Shown piece after piece: positions 63,111-64,000 of a DNA stretch of 64,000 nt (the first letter of the stretch is position 1; each line of letters begins with the position of its first letter). Origin of the DNA: Candidatus Poribacteria bacterium (GTDB lineage Bacteria; Poribacteria; WGA-4E; PCPOR2b); NCBI GenBank assembly GCA_965218095.1, contig OZ244587.1, forward strand, positions 2,336,001 through 2,400,000. The letters are read 5' to 3'. Under the pieces are notes generated by a model. The model saw only the letters and a list, made by a program, of their open reading frames with translations, did not search any database and was not told the DNA's origin. The position numbers and the translations under genes were made by a program.

Positions 63111-63181
63111 ACAAGTACACGATTCATTCACTACGATGTTTTCATATCTCTTACTATGTGAGGAAGGTCCCACTTGCTACC

Positions 63182-64000
63182 ATGCACTATGAACAATGGA
63201 ACCAAGCCATCATCTCCTACTTTTTTGAAGAGTGCGAGCCCGGCGAAATTGTTTTCCTGCAAACAAATGCTGAAACGCTTTCTGAAATCGCTCGGTCGTC
63301 CGGTTTCAACGTAGAGGATGCTGCCGAAAGTTTGAAAGTAGCTGTCAGGAACAAAATAGTTGCTGGCGATCGGATTAACCTCAAACAAATCTATCCGGCA
63401 GATTTACGGGATTTATGGTGGGACATTCCGGAAAAGGAACCGCCTCAAGTCGCTTTCCTTGCACTAACGGTTCTTGCAGCAAGTCTGATGGGATCTGAAG
63501 GTGCCGTTTCCTCCCAAAACTACTATATCCGTCTCAATGAATTACTACTAAGAAATTTAATCAAAGGTAAACCACTAGGTTTTGACCCACGTAGATCTCA
63601 ATTTGAAGGGTTATGGAAACATCTCCAGAAATGGGCAAGAGATCAACATGATGTCGAACTCTATTTGACTAAAGGTCCACGAAACCGCAAGTACGTTTGG
63701 TACCCAATTTCGCAAAGCCTAATCAGTAAACATGATCTACCAGCCATTTACCGATTTTTTGCGAGCAACAAACTCCACCCTTTTTCAAAAATATCAGGCG
63801 ATCAATTGCTCGACAAGCTCCGCTATTGGCATGACTTCGGAACCTTGTCCGCAAAGATCTGTCATCGTATTGACAACCAACACTATGCTCAACTAATTGG
63901 AAGTCAAGTTCAATTACTGCTGAAAAATTGGGATGGTCACGAGATTCCACCGGCACCACCTAATACATGTGCCCCAATTAATCGTCCATCAAAAATCGAT
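63182..64000 (+). CDS. Large hypothetical protein, 3'-partial; candidate defence-system component
   Basis: Manual translation is open for 273 codons: MHYEQWNQAIISYFF..PPQVAFLALTVLAAS..NYYIRLNELL..YPISQSLI. Absent from the ORF track because there is no stop in the window. Confidence 0.7.
   Translation, partial: MHYEQWNQAIISYFFEECEPGEIVFLQTNAETLSEIARSSGFNVEDAAESLKVAVRNKIVAGDRINLKQIYPADLRDLWWDIPEKEPPQVAFLALTVLAASLMGSEGAVSSQNYYIRLNELLLRNLIKGKPLGFDPRRSQFEGLWKHLQKWARDQHDVELYLTKGPRNRKYVWYPISQSLISKHDLPAIYRFFASNKLHPFSKISGDQLLDKLRYWHDFGTLSAKICHRIDNQHYAQLIGSQVQLLLKNWDGHEIPPAPPNTCAPINRPSKID

Overview
Bacterial chromosomal window with no rRNA, tRNA or CRISPR array. The gene content (PhyH dioxygenases, enolase-superfamily dehydratases, Gfo/Idh/MocA, SDR, amidohydrolases, TPR and vWA proteins) suggests a Poribacteria/PVC-like heterotroph; this taxonomic guess is inference only. 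Housekeeping genes (purH, purE, ubiE/menG, msrB, sppA, ybaK-like) are intact. About 20 accessory genes are broken by nonsense codons, frameshifts, local tandem duplications (4, 16, 19 bp) or deletions. Mobile DNA comprises three IS5-like elements sharing one TIR, a dead IS701-like element with a cognate MITE, an intact DDE IS with an 8-bp TSD, and many REP-like palindromes and 7-bp repeats. The best candidates for something new are: (i) a coupled HEPN + P-loop ATPase operon (33281-35452), reconstructable only by reading through stops; (ii) a promoter-driven, alternatively folding RNA with a micro-ORF and terminator ahead of a DUF1080 gene (57245-57458); (iii) a long ORF missing from the ORF track that runs off the right edge (63182-64000) and resembles helicase-associated defence proteins; (iv) a 73-bp tandem repeat that duplicates a promoter. 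All product calls come from motif recognition by eye; no database searches were run.
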